Made by a program: the position numbers and the translations under genes. From positions 1-60,509 of the forward strand of contig DASPXM010000285.1 of assembly GCA_035637295.1 (NCBI GenBank): DNA of 60,509 bases, in the 5' to 3' direction. The stretch is from Verrucomicrobiia bacterium (GTDB taxonomy: Bacteria; Desulfobacterota; Binatia; UBA9968). The notes beneath the pieces were generated by a model that was not told the DNA's origin, did not search any database, and saw only the letters and a program-made list of their open reading frames with translations. Within the stretch, counting starts at the first letter, position 1. Each line of letters begins with the position of its first letter. Below, piece after piece: positions 29,685 through 40,755 of this stretch.

Positions 29685-30302
29685 ATGATTGCGATCATCG
29701 ATTACGGCATGGGCAATTTGCGCAGCGTGCAGAAAGGGCTGGAACACGTCGGCTTCAACGCCGTGGTGACCCGCGACGTGAGCGAGATCGATGCGGCTCG
29801 CGGTGTCGTCCTGCCGGGAGTCGGCGCTTTTAGCGCTTGTATGGAAAACCTCGGCAAGTTTGGCCTGATCGAGCCGATTCAAGAAATCGTGCGGCGGGGA
29901 AAACCGTTCTTAGGAATCTGTCTCGGTTTACAGCTGCTGTTTTCAGAAAGCGAAGAGTTCGGCAGACAAAAAGGCCTGGATCTGTTTGCCGGAAAAGTCG
30001 TGGGGTTTCACGCTTTGGAAGATCTCAAAGTGCCGCACATGGGCTGGAACCGGATCGAGAAAAAAAAGGAGTCGCCTTTCCTGGAAGGGATTGCCAGCGG
30101 CGATTACGTTTACTTTGTGCACTCGTTTTACGTCGTCCCGGACGAGAGCTCCATTGTTGCGACAAAAACGGATTACGGTAATTCATTCGTCTCCAGTATT
30201 GCTACGGATCGTCTCTTCGCCTGTCAATTTCATCCGGAAAAGAGTCAGGAACTGGGCCTCCGGATTCTCGCCAACTTTGGACGATTCGTCGCATCAAACT
30301 AA
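29685..30302 (+). CDS. hisH: imidazole glycerol phosphate synthase, glutamine amidotransferase subunit
   Basis: Class I GATase: GVGAF, nucleophile GICLGLQ and a C-terminal HPE. Confidence 0.95.
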   Translation: MIAIIDYGMGNLRSVQKGLEHVGFNAVVTRDVSEIDAARGVVLPGVGAFSACMENLGKFGLIEPIQEIVRRGKPFLGICLGLQLLFSESEEFGRQKGLDLFAGKVVGFHALEDLKVPHMGWNRIEKKKESPFLEGIASGDYVYFVHSFYVVPDESSIVATKTDYGNSFVSSIATDRLFACQFHPEKSQELGLRILANFGRFVASN

Positions 30303-30306
30303 GTCT

Positions 30307-31053
30307 ATGCTGATCATTCCCGCGATCGATCTCAAAGACGGCCGCTGCGTGCGTCTAGTTCAAGGCGAGATGGACAAGGAAACGATCTATTTTGAAAATC
30401 CCGTCGACGCCGCGCAACACTGGCGCGCCGAAGGCGCAACCTTCATTCACGTCGTCGACCTCAACGGCGCCGTCGAAGGGCGACCGGTGCACACTGAGGA
30501 AATCGCAACGATTTGTAAACAATCCGGTCTTTTCGTCGAGCTGGGAGGCGGGTTGCGCTCGATTGAAGCCGTCGAGGCCGCGTTGAATCTCGGAGCGTGT
30601 CGCGTCGTGATTGGCACGGCTGCTTACGACAACGAGGAATTTCTCCGCGCCGCCTGCAATAAGTTTCCTGGGAAAATCGTCGTCGGCATCGATGCCCGCC
30701 GGGGCAAAGTCGCAGTCAAAGGCTGGAAAGAAACTACACCTATGGGTGCCGTTGAATTGGCAAAGCGTTGCGAGGGTGACGGCGTCTCACGGATCATTTA
30801 CACCGACATCAGTCGCGACGGGACACGTGAAGGCGTGAACGTTGACGAGACTTTAAAAATCGCCAGGTCGGTGAAAGTCCCGATCGTCGCCTCGGGCGGC
30901 GTTGCGACCCTCGATGACATCCGCAAACTTCTGCCCCTGGAAAAGGACGGCGTCGAGGGCGTGATCGTCGGGAAGGCGCTTTATAGCGAGACGTTTACTT
31001 TGAAGAGTGCGATCAAATTGGCGGCGGATGTATTGGCCGGCGGATATTGGTAG
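30307..31053 (+). CDS. hisA: ProFAR isomerase (1-(5-phosphoribosyl)-5-[(5-phosphoribosylamino)methylideneamino]imidazole-4-carboxamide isomerase)
   Basis: MLIIPAIDLKDGRCVRL start and the SGGV phosphate-binding site. Track ORF 29986..31053 trimmed to the ATG at 30307. Confidence 0.93.
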   Translation: MLIIPAIDLKDGRCVRLVQGEMDKETIYFENPVDAAQHWRAEGATFIHVVDLNGAVEGRPVHTEEIATICKQSGLFVELGGGLRSIEAVEAALNLGACRVVIGTAAYDNEEFLRAACNKFPGKIVVGIDARRGKVAVKGWKETTPMGAVELAKRCEGDGVSRIIYTDISRDGTREGVNVDETLKIARSVKVPIVASGGVATLDDIRKLLPLEKDGVEGVIVGKALYSETFTLKSAIKLAADVLAGGYW

Positions 31054-31126
31054 TCCAGCGTATATCAGGTCCGCCCCTTGTGAGAAGGCAGATTAAATAA
31101 CACCGCTAGAAATTATGGGCGATCGA

Positions 31127-31729
31127 TTAGAACCTTTTGTTAACGCGCTCTTCGGCAATCCGCCACAAATACAACGTATGCTGGTGCTTGTACCCGCCAG
31201 GTTTTAGTTCAAACTCAGGCAACTTTACGCTCACATCTGGGTTCCAGCCTTCAATGCCGAAATCGTGGGCGACGATGCGCGCGCCGGGCTTGAGAAATTT
31301 TTTCAGGCTCGGTTTCATCGCTTCGTTGAACCACGGAAGCATATAGAGCGTCACCACGGTGGCCCGCGAGATGTCGGCTTTGAGCGCATCCTCGGCGCGG
31401 AATGCGACCAGGTGGGTGACACCCGCGGCTCTGGCATCCTTGCGTGCTTTGTCGAGCAGCCAGCTATCCATTTCGATCCCTACGGCTTTGACGCCAAACT
31501 TTTTCGCGGCGCGGATAACAATTCGTCCATCGCCGCTGCCGAGATCGTAAACCACATCACCCTTCTTCACTTCCGCGAGCTCAAGCATGCGATCGACGAC
31601 TTCGATGGGCGTCGGGACGAATGGAATTTCTTCGCGATACTCGGCGCTTGCCGCCGTCGAGTTGATGATGAGAGTTCCGGCGACGGCCAGAAGGGCAATC
31701 AAATTTCTCATGGCGGACATTGATAGCAC
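31127..31729 (-). CDS. class I SAM-dependent methyltransferase with N-terminal signal-like segment
   Basis: Motif I VVYDLGSGDGRIV and a hydrophobic N-terminus LIALLAVAGTLIINSTAASA. Confidence 0.75.
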   Translation of the reverse strand: MLSMSAMRNLIALLAVAGTLIINSTAASAEYREEIPFVPTPIEVVDRMLELAEVKKGDVVYDLGSGDGRIVIRAAKKFGVKAVGIEMDSWLLDKARKDARAAGVTHLVAFRAEDALKADISRATVVTLYMLPWFNEAMKPSLKKFLKPGARIVAHDFGIEGWNPDVSVKLPEFELKPGGYKHQHTLYLWRIAEERVNKRF

Positions 31730-31835
31730 GGCGTTTCAACGAGAGAAATAGCGAGTCTTGACCGGTTGCGGGCCATGGAATCGGCCCTTGTTCAGAGTCG
31801 TTTGTGAAATCTACCAAAGATGTTTATATGAAGAG

Positions 31836-33164
31836 ATGGACAACAAGAGTTTTGATCTCAGCATTAAACGCCCACCGTTATCGTTGCCCTTTTATTACGG
31901 TTGGTTCGTCGTTTCGCTTTGTTTTTTAACAACCTTGATCAGCGCCGGCGTGCGCTCGTCGCCGTCCGTGCTCATTCACCCATTGGAGTCCGAGTTCGGC
32001 TGGAGCCGGGCGCTCATCGCATCAGCGATCAGCATGAATCTGCTGCTCTTTGGCGTGGCTGCGCCGATCAGCGGATTTTTGATTGACCGCTACGGACCGC
32101 GCAAGGTCATGTTGGGGAGTCTGCTGCTGCTGATTACGGGTGTCAGCGGTACCGTAGCCATGAACGAGTTCTGGCAGTTTTTTCTGGTCTGGGGAGTCAT
32201 TGTCGGTATTGGCGCCGGTGGAGTTGGCTCCGTCCTTACCGCCACGGTCGGTAATCGCTGGTTTGTCGCGCGGCGCGGCCTCGCCTTGGGCATTCTCGGA
32301 AGCGCGAGCTCGACCGGCCAGCTGATTTTTCTGCCGTTTTTCATGGCTATGATTGCTTACTCGGGTTGGCGCATTGGATCGATGACCCTCATCGTTTTAG
32401 CCGTCTTCTTGTTGCCGCTGATTTTTCTTTTCATGCGCGACGATCCTGCAGATGTCGGATTGCAGCCGTACGGCGCAGGGCAGCCGGGCGCGGCGAGCGC
32501 CGGCAGTGCCGCGTCGTTGCGCGGTATGTCCGCAAAAAACGCCACGATCACGCCCCGGGAAGTTTTGGGCAATCCGACTTTTTGGTTGTTGTGTGGCAGC
32601 TTTTTCGTTTGCGGCGGCACGGCCAACGGGTTGATCGGCGTACATCTAATCCCACATGAGATCGAGATCGGTATTCCCCAAATCACCGCGGCCTCTCTGG
32701 TGGGGATCATGGGCGCGCTCAATATCGTGGGCACGACCTTCTCGGGCTGGATGATTGACCGAGTGCAGCCGCACAAGTGGCTCGCGTTGGTTTATGCTTT
32801 GCGCGGCGTGTCGTTGCTACTTCTGCCGTTTGCGCGAGACTTCTCTGGTTTGGTGGTGTTTGCCGTGATCTACGGTCTTGATTGGTTCGCCACCGTGCCG
32901 CCGTCGATGGCGATCACGGCGGATACTTTCGGCAGGCAGAACGTGGGCAACGTCTACGGCTGGATTTTCATGTCGCACCAGATCGGCGCGGCGATCATGT
33001 CTTCGGCTGCGGGTGCGGTTCGCGATTACGTCGGTGATTACACCTTTGTCTTTCTATCCGGCGGAGCGATCGCGATGATCGCCGCAGGCCTGGCATTACA
33101 GATCAAGCCTAAGCCCAAAGAGGTGGCGCCACCCTCGGCGAGCGCGCAGCCGGCTGGAGCGTAG
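31836..33164 (+). CDS. MFS transporter
   Basis: About 12 predicted TM segments and the MFS loop motif DRYGPRKV. Start trimmed to the ATG at 31836. Confidence 0.85.
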   Translation: MDNKSFDLSIKRPPLSLPFYYGWFVVSLCFLTTLISAGVRSSPSVLIHPLESEFGWSRALIASAISMNLLLFGVAAPISGFLIDRYGPRKVMLGSLLLLITGVSGTVAMNEFWQFFLVWGVIVGIGAGGVGSVLTATVGNRWFVARRGLALGILGSASSTGQLIFLPFFMAMIAYSGWRIGSMTLIVLAVFLLPLIFLFMRDDPADVGLQPYGAGQPGAASAGSAASLRGMSAKNATITPREVLGNPTFWLLCGSFFVCGGTANGLIGVHLIPHEIEIGIPQITAASLVGIMGALNIVGTTFSGWMIDRVQPHKWLALVYALRGVSLLLLPFARDFSGLVVFAVIYGLDWFATVPPSMAITADTFGRQNVGNVYGWIFMSHQIGAAIMSSAAGAVRDYVGDYTFVFLSGGAIAMIAAGLALQIKPKPKEVAPPSASAQPAGA

Positions 33165-33182
33165 CGAGCCATTCGGCTGGCA

Positions 33183-33390
33183 GTTTCGAGTTTTTAGTTT
33201 CGAGTCTCGGGTTGGTGCTCGACACTTTTCATTGCGCCAAGACGCACCGAATAAAATCCGAAATCCGAATATCGAAATCCGAAACAAACTCGAAGAATTA
33301 AATGCCAATTACGAAATCCAAAAACGGCTCATTTGGGCAATTGAATTTCTGATGATTGAAATTGTTTCGAATTTCGGATTTCGAGTTTCG
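33183..33390. repeat. composite AAATCCGAAA / TTTCGAG simple-sequence inverted repeats plus GCGCCAAGACGC box
   Basis: 33183-33210 is GTTTCGAGTTTTTAGTTTCGAGTCTCGG and 33234-33249 is GCGCCAAGACGCACCG. 33253-33295 carries (A)AATCCGAAA units and 33362-33390 is their inverse, with a 13-nt perfect core TCGAAATCCGAAA. Confidence 0.55.
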
Positions 33391-33409
33391 CATTTTGTAA
33401 TTTTGGTTC

Positions 33410-33823
33410 TTAGTCAGATTCCGTGAAATTCGATACACGCCAGTGGTTTCCTTCTTTGCGCGCGGTGATCAACCATTTTCGGCTAAACGAAGTGCCGTCG
33501 TCCGACTGAATCGTTCCCTCGTAGAGAAACGACGCCCGCTGATCGCCCTCTTTTTTCTCCAGCAGAGCGTAGTGGACTCGTGGTTTTTGTGTCGATGCAT
33601 CGATTTTCTGACCCGCGGTCAAGCGAATCTCTTCATTGACTTTGTTCAGAGCTACACTGACGGCAAGCGTTTTCGCCTTTTGCAAATCGATTGCGACGTA
33701 GTGGTGATCAACAAATTCTTCGGCTACTCCCTGGGCGGTACTGAGATCGCGGCTGCAGGCGCTCGTGAGTGAAAAGAAAAATAGCAGCGTGCCGATGAAG
33801 GGACGCCGTGTTTTCATGTTCAA
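33410..33823 (-). CDS. hypothetical lipoprotein
   Basis: Signal peptide ending SLTSAC; no family recognised. Confidence 0.5.
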   Translation of the reverse strand: MNMKTRRPFIGTLLFFFSLTSACSRDLSTAQGVAEEFVDHHYVAIDLQKAKTLAVSVALNKVNEEIRLTAGQKIDASTQKPRVHYALLEKKEGDQRASFLYEGTIQSDDGTSFSRKWLITARKEGNHWRVSNFTESD

Positions 33824-33826
33824 ATT

Positions 33827-34600
33827 TTACCTTACATGTCGGGTGAGCCAATCCAGCGCGTCGGTAAGCGCGCGTTGCATCGCAACGGGATCAGACAGGC
33901 GATGGTCGGCGCCTTTGAATATCAAAAGACGCTTCGAATGGCGCAGGGAGGCGTCGAGCTCATAGGCTTCTTCCACCGGCACGACTTCGTCGGCGTCGCC
34001 GTGCAAGATCAATACTGGACATTGAATCTTTTGCACCGCCGCCGGCACGTCGATTTGTTCCAAGTCCGCGAGCAGCGAAATGTTAAGACGCAGGCCGTTG
34101 TAAATCGTAAAGCCGCAATCACGCCACTGTTGGAGTTGCGCGGCAGTTAAAACTCGCTTGGGAAAGTTTTCGGGATGGAGCGGCGCGGCGAGCGTAACCA
34201 GGGCGGAAATCTTCGGCTCTTCGGCGGCGAAAAGTAGCGCGATCGTGCCGCCCATGCTGGAACCGAGAATCGCGGTTTTGCCGGGTCGGTGATGCTCGAT
34301 AAGCGCATACGCCGCTCTCAAATCTTCCACCTCTCCGCTGTAAGTAATGTCGGCGAAGTTGCCGCTCGACTCGCCGACATATGAGAAATCAAAACGAAGC
34401 GCGAGAGTTCCTTGTTTCGCCAATTCGCGACTGAGATAAATCAGCTTCTCGCTATTCTTATCCGACTCCATGCCGTGGCAAAGAATCACTGCGCCGTTGG
34501 GATTTTCCGTCGCCGGATGGTGCAAAACACCGCTCAGCGTGTCGCCACGGCAGTTATTAAAAGAAATGTTTTCTTCGCCCAACATGAACATTGTCGACAA
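33827..34600 (-). CDS. alpha/beta hydrolase
   Basis: HG oxyanion motif (ILCHGMES), nucleophile elbow GSSMGG and C-terminal D...H. Confidence 0.8.
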   Translation of the reverse strand: MSTMFMLGEENISFNNCRGDTLSGVLHHPATENPNGAVILCHGMESDKNSEKLIYLSRELAKQGTLALRFDFSYVGESSGNFADITYSGEVEDLRAAYALIEHHRPGKTAILGSSMGGTIALLFAAEEPKISALVTLAAPLHPENFPKRVLTAAQLQQWRDCGFTIYNGLRLNISLLADLEQIDVPAAVQKIQCPVLILHGDADEVVPVEEAYELDASLRHSKRLLIFKGADHRLSDPVAMQRALTDALDWLTRHVR

Positions 34601-34710
34601 TACAGGACAAGACTAACACCATGCTTGCAGGAGAACCAGAACTCCGACGAACATCCGTTGGCGCGGGCGCATTGAGCAGATATAATTTGAGCCGTCAGGA
34701 GGTCGCTTGA

Positions 34711-36426
34711 ATGAAAAGATTCCTGGTTCTCTTAGTCGCTTGGCTCTCTGCGTATTCTCCCGCCCTCGGCGCTCCGAGTTTCACAGACCCGAACTTATCC
34801 ATCACGGAGATTACGGCGGGTTTAAGCGCTCCGACGACGATGGCGTTTATCGGAACGGATGACATTTTAGTACTACAGAAAGACAACGGGCAGGTTCGCC
34901 GGGTGATCTCCGGCGCGCTGCAGTCGAGCGCGGTTCTTGATGTCGCGGTCGATAACGCATCCGAGAGAGGAATGCTGGGGATCGCGGTTCATCCTAATTT
35001 TCCGACCAGTCCTTTCATTTATCTCTATTACACCGAAAGCAGCACAAGTGGTGATACCTCCGGGTCACCTGCCGGAAATCGAGTCTACCGCTACACGTGG
35101 AATGGCACGACACTGACAAGTCCGGTGCTTATTCTCAATTTACCAGTTACGCCGGGGCCGAATCATGACGGCGGCGTCATCACCTTTGGCCCAGATGGAA
35201 AGCTCTACGTTGTCATCGGCGATCTGAACCGCGATGGTCAATTGCAAAACTTCCCAGGCGGTCCCGCACCTGACGACACTTCGGTGATTCTGAGGCTCAA
35301 TGACGATGGATCGATCCCGAGCGATAATCCTTTCTTCTCCCAGGGTGCAAACGTGGCCAAATACTTTGCGTACGGCATACGCAATTCGTTCGGCATGGAT
35401 TTCGATCCGATGACCGATAAGCTTTGGATGACGGAGAATGGGCCTAACTTTTTCGACGAAATCAATTTGGTTGAACCTGGTTTCAATAGCGGTTGGGAGA
35501 AAATCATGGGTCCCGACGCGCGCAATTCGAACAATGTAACCGACCTATTTTCGATGGCCGGCTCACACTATGGCGATCCTAAGTTTTCCTGGCTCAATAC
35601 AGTAGGACCGACGGCGATCGTTTTTCTCGACTCCGCAAATCTGGGCGCCGAATACGAGAACGATGTCTTTGTCGGCGATATCAACAACGGCAATCTTTAC
35701 CACTTCAAACCTAATGGCACGCGAAATGGTTTTGTCTTCAGCGGCGCCGGGCTAGCGGATATGGTGGCGGACAACAGTGCCGAATTGGACGAAACCATTA
35801 TCGGGACGGGCTTCGCCGGTATCACTGATTTAAAAGTCGGTCCGGATGGACGACTTTATGTCGTGTCCTTCGGCGAAGGGAAGATTTATGCCATTTCGAA
35901 TGCGACGTTACCGCTCTCATTCGGCATCGCAACGCTACCTACGGCCGAGATGGGCGTCGCTTACAACGTGGATCTGAATATCAACGGCGGTAGCCCACCC
36001 TTCAGCGTGGGTCTGGTCATCGGAGTATTGCCTCCGGGTTTGAATCTAATCGGAGAAACAATTGCGGGCACGCTCTCATTAGTCAAAGGATCGCGGTTCA
36101 CTCTTCGCGTGACCGACCAGCTCGGTGCCACGCTCACACAGCGTTTCAATATCTCCGCCGTGGGAACAGTAAGCATTAGCAATCGGTCGTTGCCCGTAGG
36201 CCGCGCGGCGAGAAGCTACAGCGCTCGCTTGGCGGCAAGGTCCGGCAAGAAACCCTTCGCGTGGTCGCTGGTTGGCGGCTCGCTCCCCTCCGGCGTGATG
36301 CTTGATCCCGCAACCGGCTGGATAAGCGGAACCCCGGTCACCGGAGGCGATAGCAACGTTACCTTCCAAGTCACCGACGCTCTGGGCGGCGTGGCACAGA
36401 AAGCGCTCATGTTCTCGATTCGATAG
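34711..36426 (+). CDS. PQQ-dependent sugar dehydrogenase (SGDH-like beta-propeller) with C-terminal Ig-like repeats
   Basis: Signal peptide, ERGMLGIAVHPNF...LYLYYT and NHDGG blocks. The C-terminal repeats (LPPGLNL...GTL, LPSGVMLDPATGWISGTP) are of putative Ig-domain type. Confidence 0.8.
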   Translation: MKRFLVLLVAWLSAYSPALGAPSFTDPNLSITEITAGLSAPTTMAFIGTDDILVLQKDNGQVRRVISGALQSSAVLDVAVDNASERGMLGIAVHPNFPTSPFIYLYYTESSTSGDTSGSPAGNRVYRYTWNGTTLTSPVLILNLPVTPGPNHDGGVITFGPDGKLYVVIGDLNRDGQLQNFPGGPAPDDTSVILRLNDDGSIPSDNPFFSQGANVAKYFAYGIRNSFGMDFDPMTDKLWMTENGPNFFDEINLVEPGFNSGWEKIMGPDARNSNNVTDLFSMAGSHYGDPKFSWLNTVGPTAIVFLDSANLGAEYENDVFVGDINNGNLYHFKPNGTRNGFVFSGAGLADMVADNSAELDETIIGTGFAGITDLKVGPDGRLYVVSFGEGKIYAISNATLPLSFGIATLPTAEMGVAYNVDLNINGGSPPFSVGLVIGVLPPGLNLIGETIAGTLSLVKGSRFTLRVTDQLGATLTQRFNISAVGTVSISNRSLPVGRAARSYSARLAARSGKKPFAWSLVGGSLPSGVMLDPATGWISGTPVTGGDSNVTFQVTDALGGVAQKALMFSIR

Positions 36427-36565
36427 ACTCGAAAATGGAGTCGCGGGCCTGCCAGTCGAGCGCGCGATGCGGCAACTCATTTCATGTCAAAATTTGGCCT
36501 GAGTTGTTCCGGACTCGTTCCAAAGGTTCGGTCGCTATGTTACAGTTTGTTAAGTTTGAGAGTGT

Positions 36566-37480
36566 TTGATCTTGGATGATCTCATTCAACAATACGACGA
36601 TCACCTGCGCAACGAGCGAAACGTTTCACCGCACACGTTACGCAACTACTTGAGCGACTTGGCGCAGTTCCATGGTTTTCTCAGAGAGCGGGAGTTGTGT
36701 CTCGACTCAGCTGGCCAGGTCGATGTGCGGAAGGTCGACATTCACATCGTCCGTGCGTTTCTGGCTGCGTTGACGCGTGATCGGAAAAAAAGTTCCGTCG
36801 GCAGAAAACTCGCTGCCTTAAAAGGATTTTTTCGTTATCTGATTGCGCAAAAACAGATTGAGAAAGATCCGCTGCTGTTGATTCATTCGCCCAAGCAGGA
36901 AAAACCGCTGCCGACGTTTCTCTCAGTGGATGACGCATTTCAGTTGTTGGGCGGGATTAAGATTAAGACCGGGCTCGATGTTCGCGATCTTGCGGTTCTA
37001 GAAGTGTTCTATTCCACCGGTATCCGAGTGAGCGAGTTAGTGGGGCTCAACTGGGCCGATATCGACATCCACCTGGGAATTATTCGCGTGATCGGTAAAG
37101 GTTCGAAGGAACGGATCGTGCCGATCGGGAAGGTTGCCCTTGAAGCGCTGGAGAAAAACAGTCAAGAGCTTCGCAAGAAATGGAATCTACCCTGTAAAGG
37201 TCAAACCGCCGTGTTCCTCAATAACCGGGGCGAGCGGATTACGACGCGGAGCGTCGCGCGCATCGTTGAGAAACATTTGAAGCAGGCCGGAATCCCAATC
37301 AAGATGGGGCCGCACGGATTGCGCCACAGTTTTGCCACGCATCTGCTCAATAGCGGTGCCGATCTGCGCGTGATTCAGGAACTTTTGGGCCACGCGAGTC
37401 TCTCGACGACGCAGCGGTACACTCATTTGAACTTGGACCAATTGACAGCGGTTTATGATAAAGCGCATCCGCGCGCTTAG
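36566..37480 (+). CDS. xerC: tyrosine recombinase XerC
   Basis: N-terminal SAM-like domain and catalytic R...HxLRHSFATHLL...GH...Y (RYTH) residues. TTG start as in the track. Confidence 0.9.
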   Translation: MILDDLIQQYDDHLRNERNVSPHTLRNYLSDLAQFHGFLRERELCLDSAGQVDVRKVDIHIVRAFLAALTRDRKKSSVGRKLAALKGFFRYLIAQKQIEKDPLLLIHSPKQEKPLPTFLSVDDAFQLLGGIKIKTGLDVRDLAVLEVFYSTGIRVSELVGLNWADIDIHLGIIRVIGKGSKERIVPIGKVALEALEKNSQELRKKWNLPCKGQTAVFLNNRGERITTRSVARIVEKHLKQAGIPIKMGPHGLRHSFATHLLNSGADLRVIQELLGHASLSTTQRYTHLNLDQLTAVYDKAHPRA

Positions 37481-37607
37481 CAGACTGCTGAAAAAGCCTC
37501 ATATGCTTCGTTGCGCTCCATTGCCTCGCTTCAACGTACAGGTTAAGTACGCCTGCGCTCGTCAATCGGTCGCGCGCCTCGCCTCTGAGATCTTTTTGAG
37601 CAGTCTG
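37481..37607. mobile_element. 127-bp MITE/REP-like element with 16-bp terminal inverted repeats
   Basis: CAGACTGCTGAAAAAG (37481-37496) and CTTTTTGAGCAGTCTG (37592-37607) are 15/16 complementary. An internal hairpin CGTAC-AGGTTAA-GTACG is present. The element starts at the nucleotide after the xerC stop. Confidence 0.6.
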
Positions 37608-37638
37608 CAAATATATTATATGATTTAATCTGATCGAT

Positions 37639-37680
37639 CCGAAATCGGCAATCTAAAATCCAAAATCTAAAATCGAAAAT
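37639..37680. repeat. AAATCYR-type simple-sequence block abutting the hslV start
   Basis: CCGAAATCGGCAATCTAAAATCCAAAATCTAAAATCGAAAAT; 20-nt identity with 27436-27455. Confidence 0.55.
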
Positions 37681-38209
37681 GATGCACGGCACGACCATAT
37701 TAGCGATCCGTCACGGTGGTAAAGTCGTGGTGGTCGGCGATGGACAGGTGAGCATAGGTCAGACGGTGATGAAGCATAGCGCGCGCAAGGTGCGCAAGCT
37801 GCATCACGACAAAGTAATCGCCGGTTTTGCCGGCGCGACGGCGGACGCGTTTACCCTGTTCGAGAAGTTCGAAGCCAAGTTGGAACAGTTCGGCGGCAAC
37901 CTCAAGCGCGCCGCGGTGGAGTTGGCCAAGGATTGGCGCACGGATCGTGTGCTGCGGCGACTCGAAGCGTTGCTCATTGTCGCGGATGTGAACGATTTGT
38001 TGGTAATCTCCGGCGCCGGCGATGTCGTTGAGCCCGATGATGGCGTGATCGCGATCGGCTCCGGCGGCAATTTTGCGTTGGCCGCGGCGCGGGTTCTAGT
38101 GAAGCATACCCAGATGGATGCCCGCATCATCGCCGAGGAAGCGATGCGCGCGGCGGCTGAAATCTGCGTTTACACCAACGATCAGCTGACGATCGAAGAA
38201 TTATCTTAG
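37679..38209 (+). CDS. hslV: ATP-dependent protease subunit HslV (CodW-like N-terminus)
   Basis: [23 protein letters not shown] and GSGG motifs. Confidence 0.95.
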   Translation: MMHGTTILAIRHGGKVVVVGDGQVSIGQTVMKHSARKVRKLHHDKVIAGFAGATADAFTLFEKFEAKLEQFGGNLKRAAVELAKDWRTDRVLRRLEALLIVADVNDLLVISGAGDVVEPDDGVIAIGSGGNFALAAARVLVKHTQMDARIIAEEAMRAAAEICVYTNDQLTIEELS

Positions 38210-38321
38210 CAGGCCGCCGGAAAAAGACGTCAGACGCTTGTCGGCCGCTTCAGCGCGGCACTGCCCCACCGCCCCTAAAAGATTGCATTTCCTGGGGAAA
38301 TTGTTAGGAGTGATTATTCCA

Positions 38322-39707
<1,386 letters not shown>

Positions 39708-39752
39708 CAGGCTCCTGAAAAAGATTCATGCTTCGTTGGGCTCGATGGTCTC
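39708..39752. repeat. partial (left-end) copy of the 127-bp element
   Basis: CAGGCTCCTGAAAAAGATTCATGCTTCGTTGGGCTC matches about 33 of the first 40 nt of 37481-37607. It also begins immediately after a stop codon (hslU). No right TIR was found. Confidence 0.5.
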
Positions 39753-39758
39753 ATAGGG

Positions 39759-40754
<996 letters not shown>

Positions 40755-40755
<1 letters not shown>

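Noticed and set aside
37608-37640. AT-rich quasi-palindrome AAATATATTATATGATTTAAT next to xerC as a candidate dif site.
   Set aside because: Alignment by eye to the 28-bp dif consensus (…ATAA-TGTATA-TTATGT.AA.T) matches only about half the positions and needs an indel in the XerD arm. dif is also not expected to sit next to xerC.
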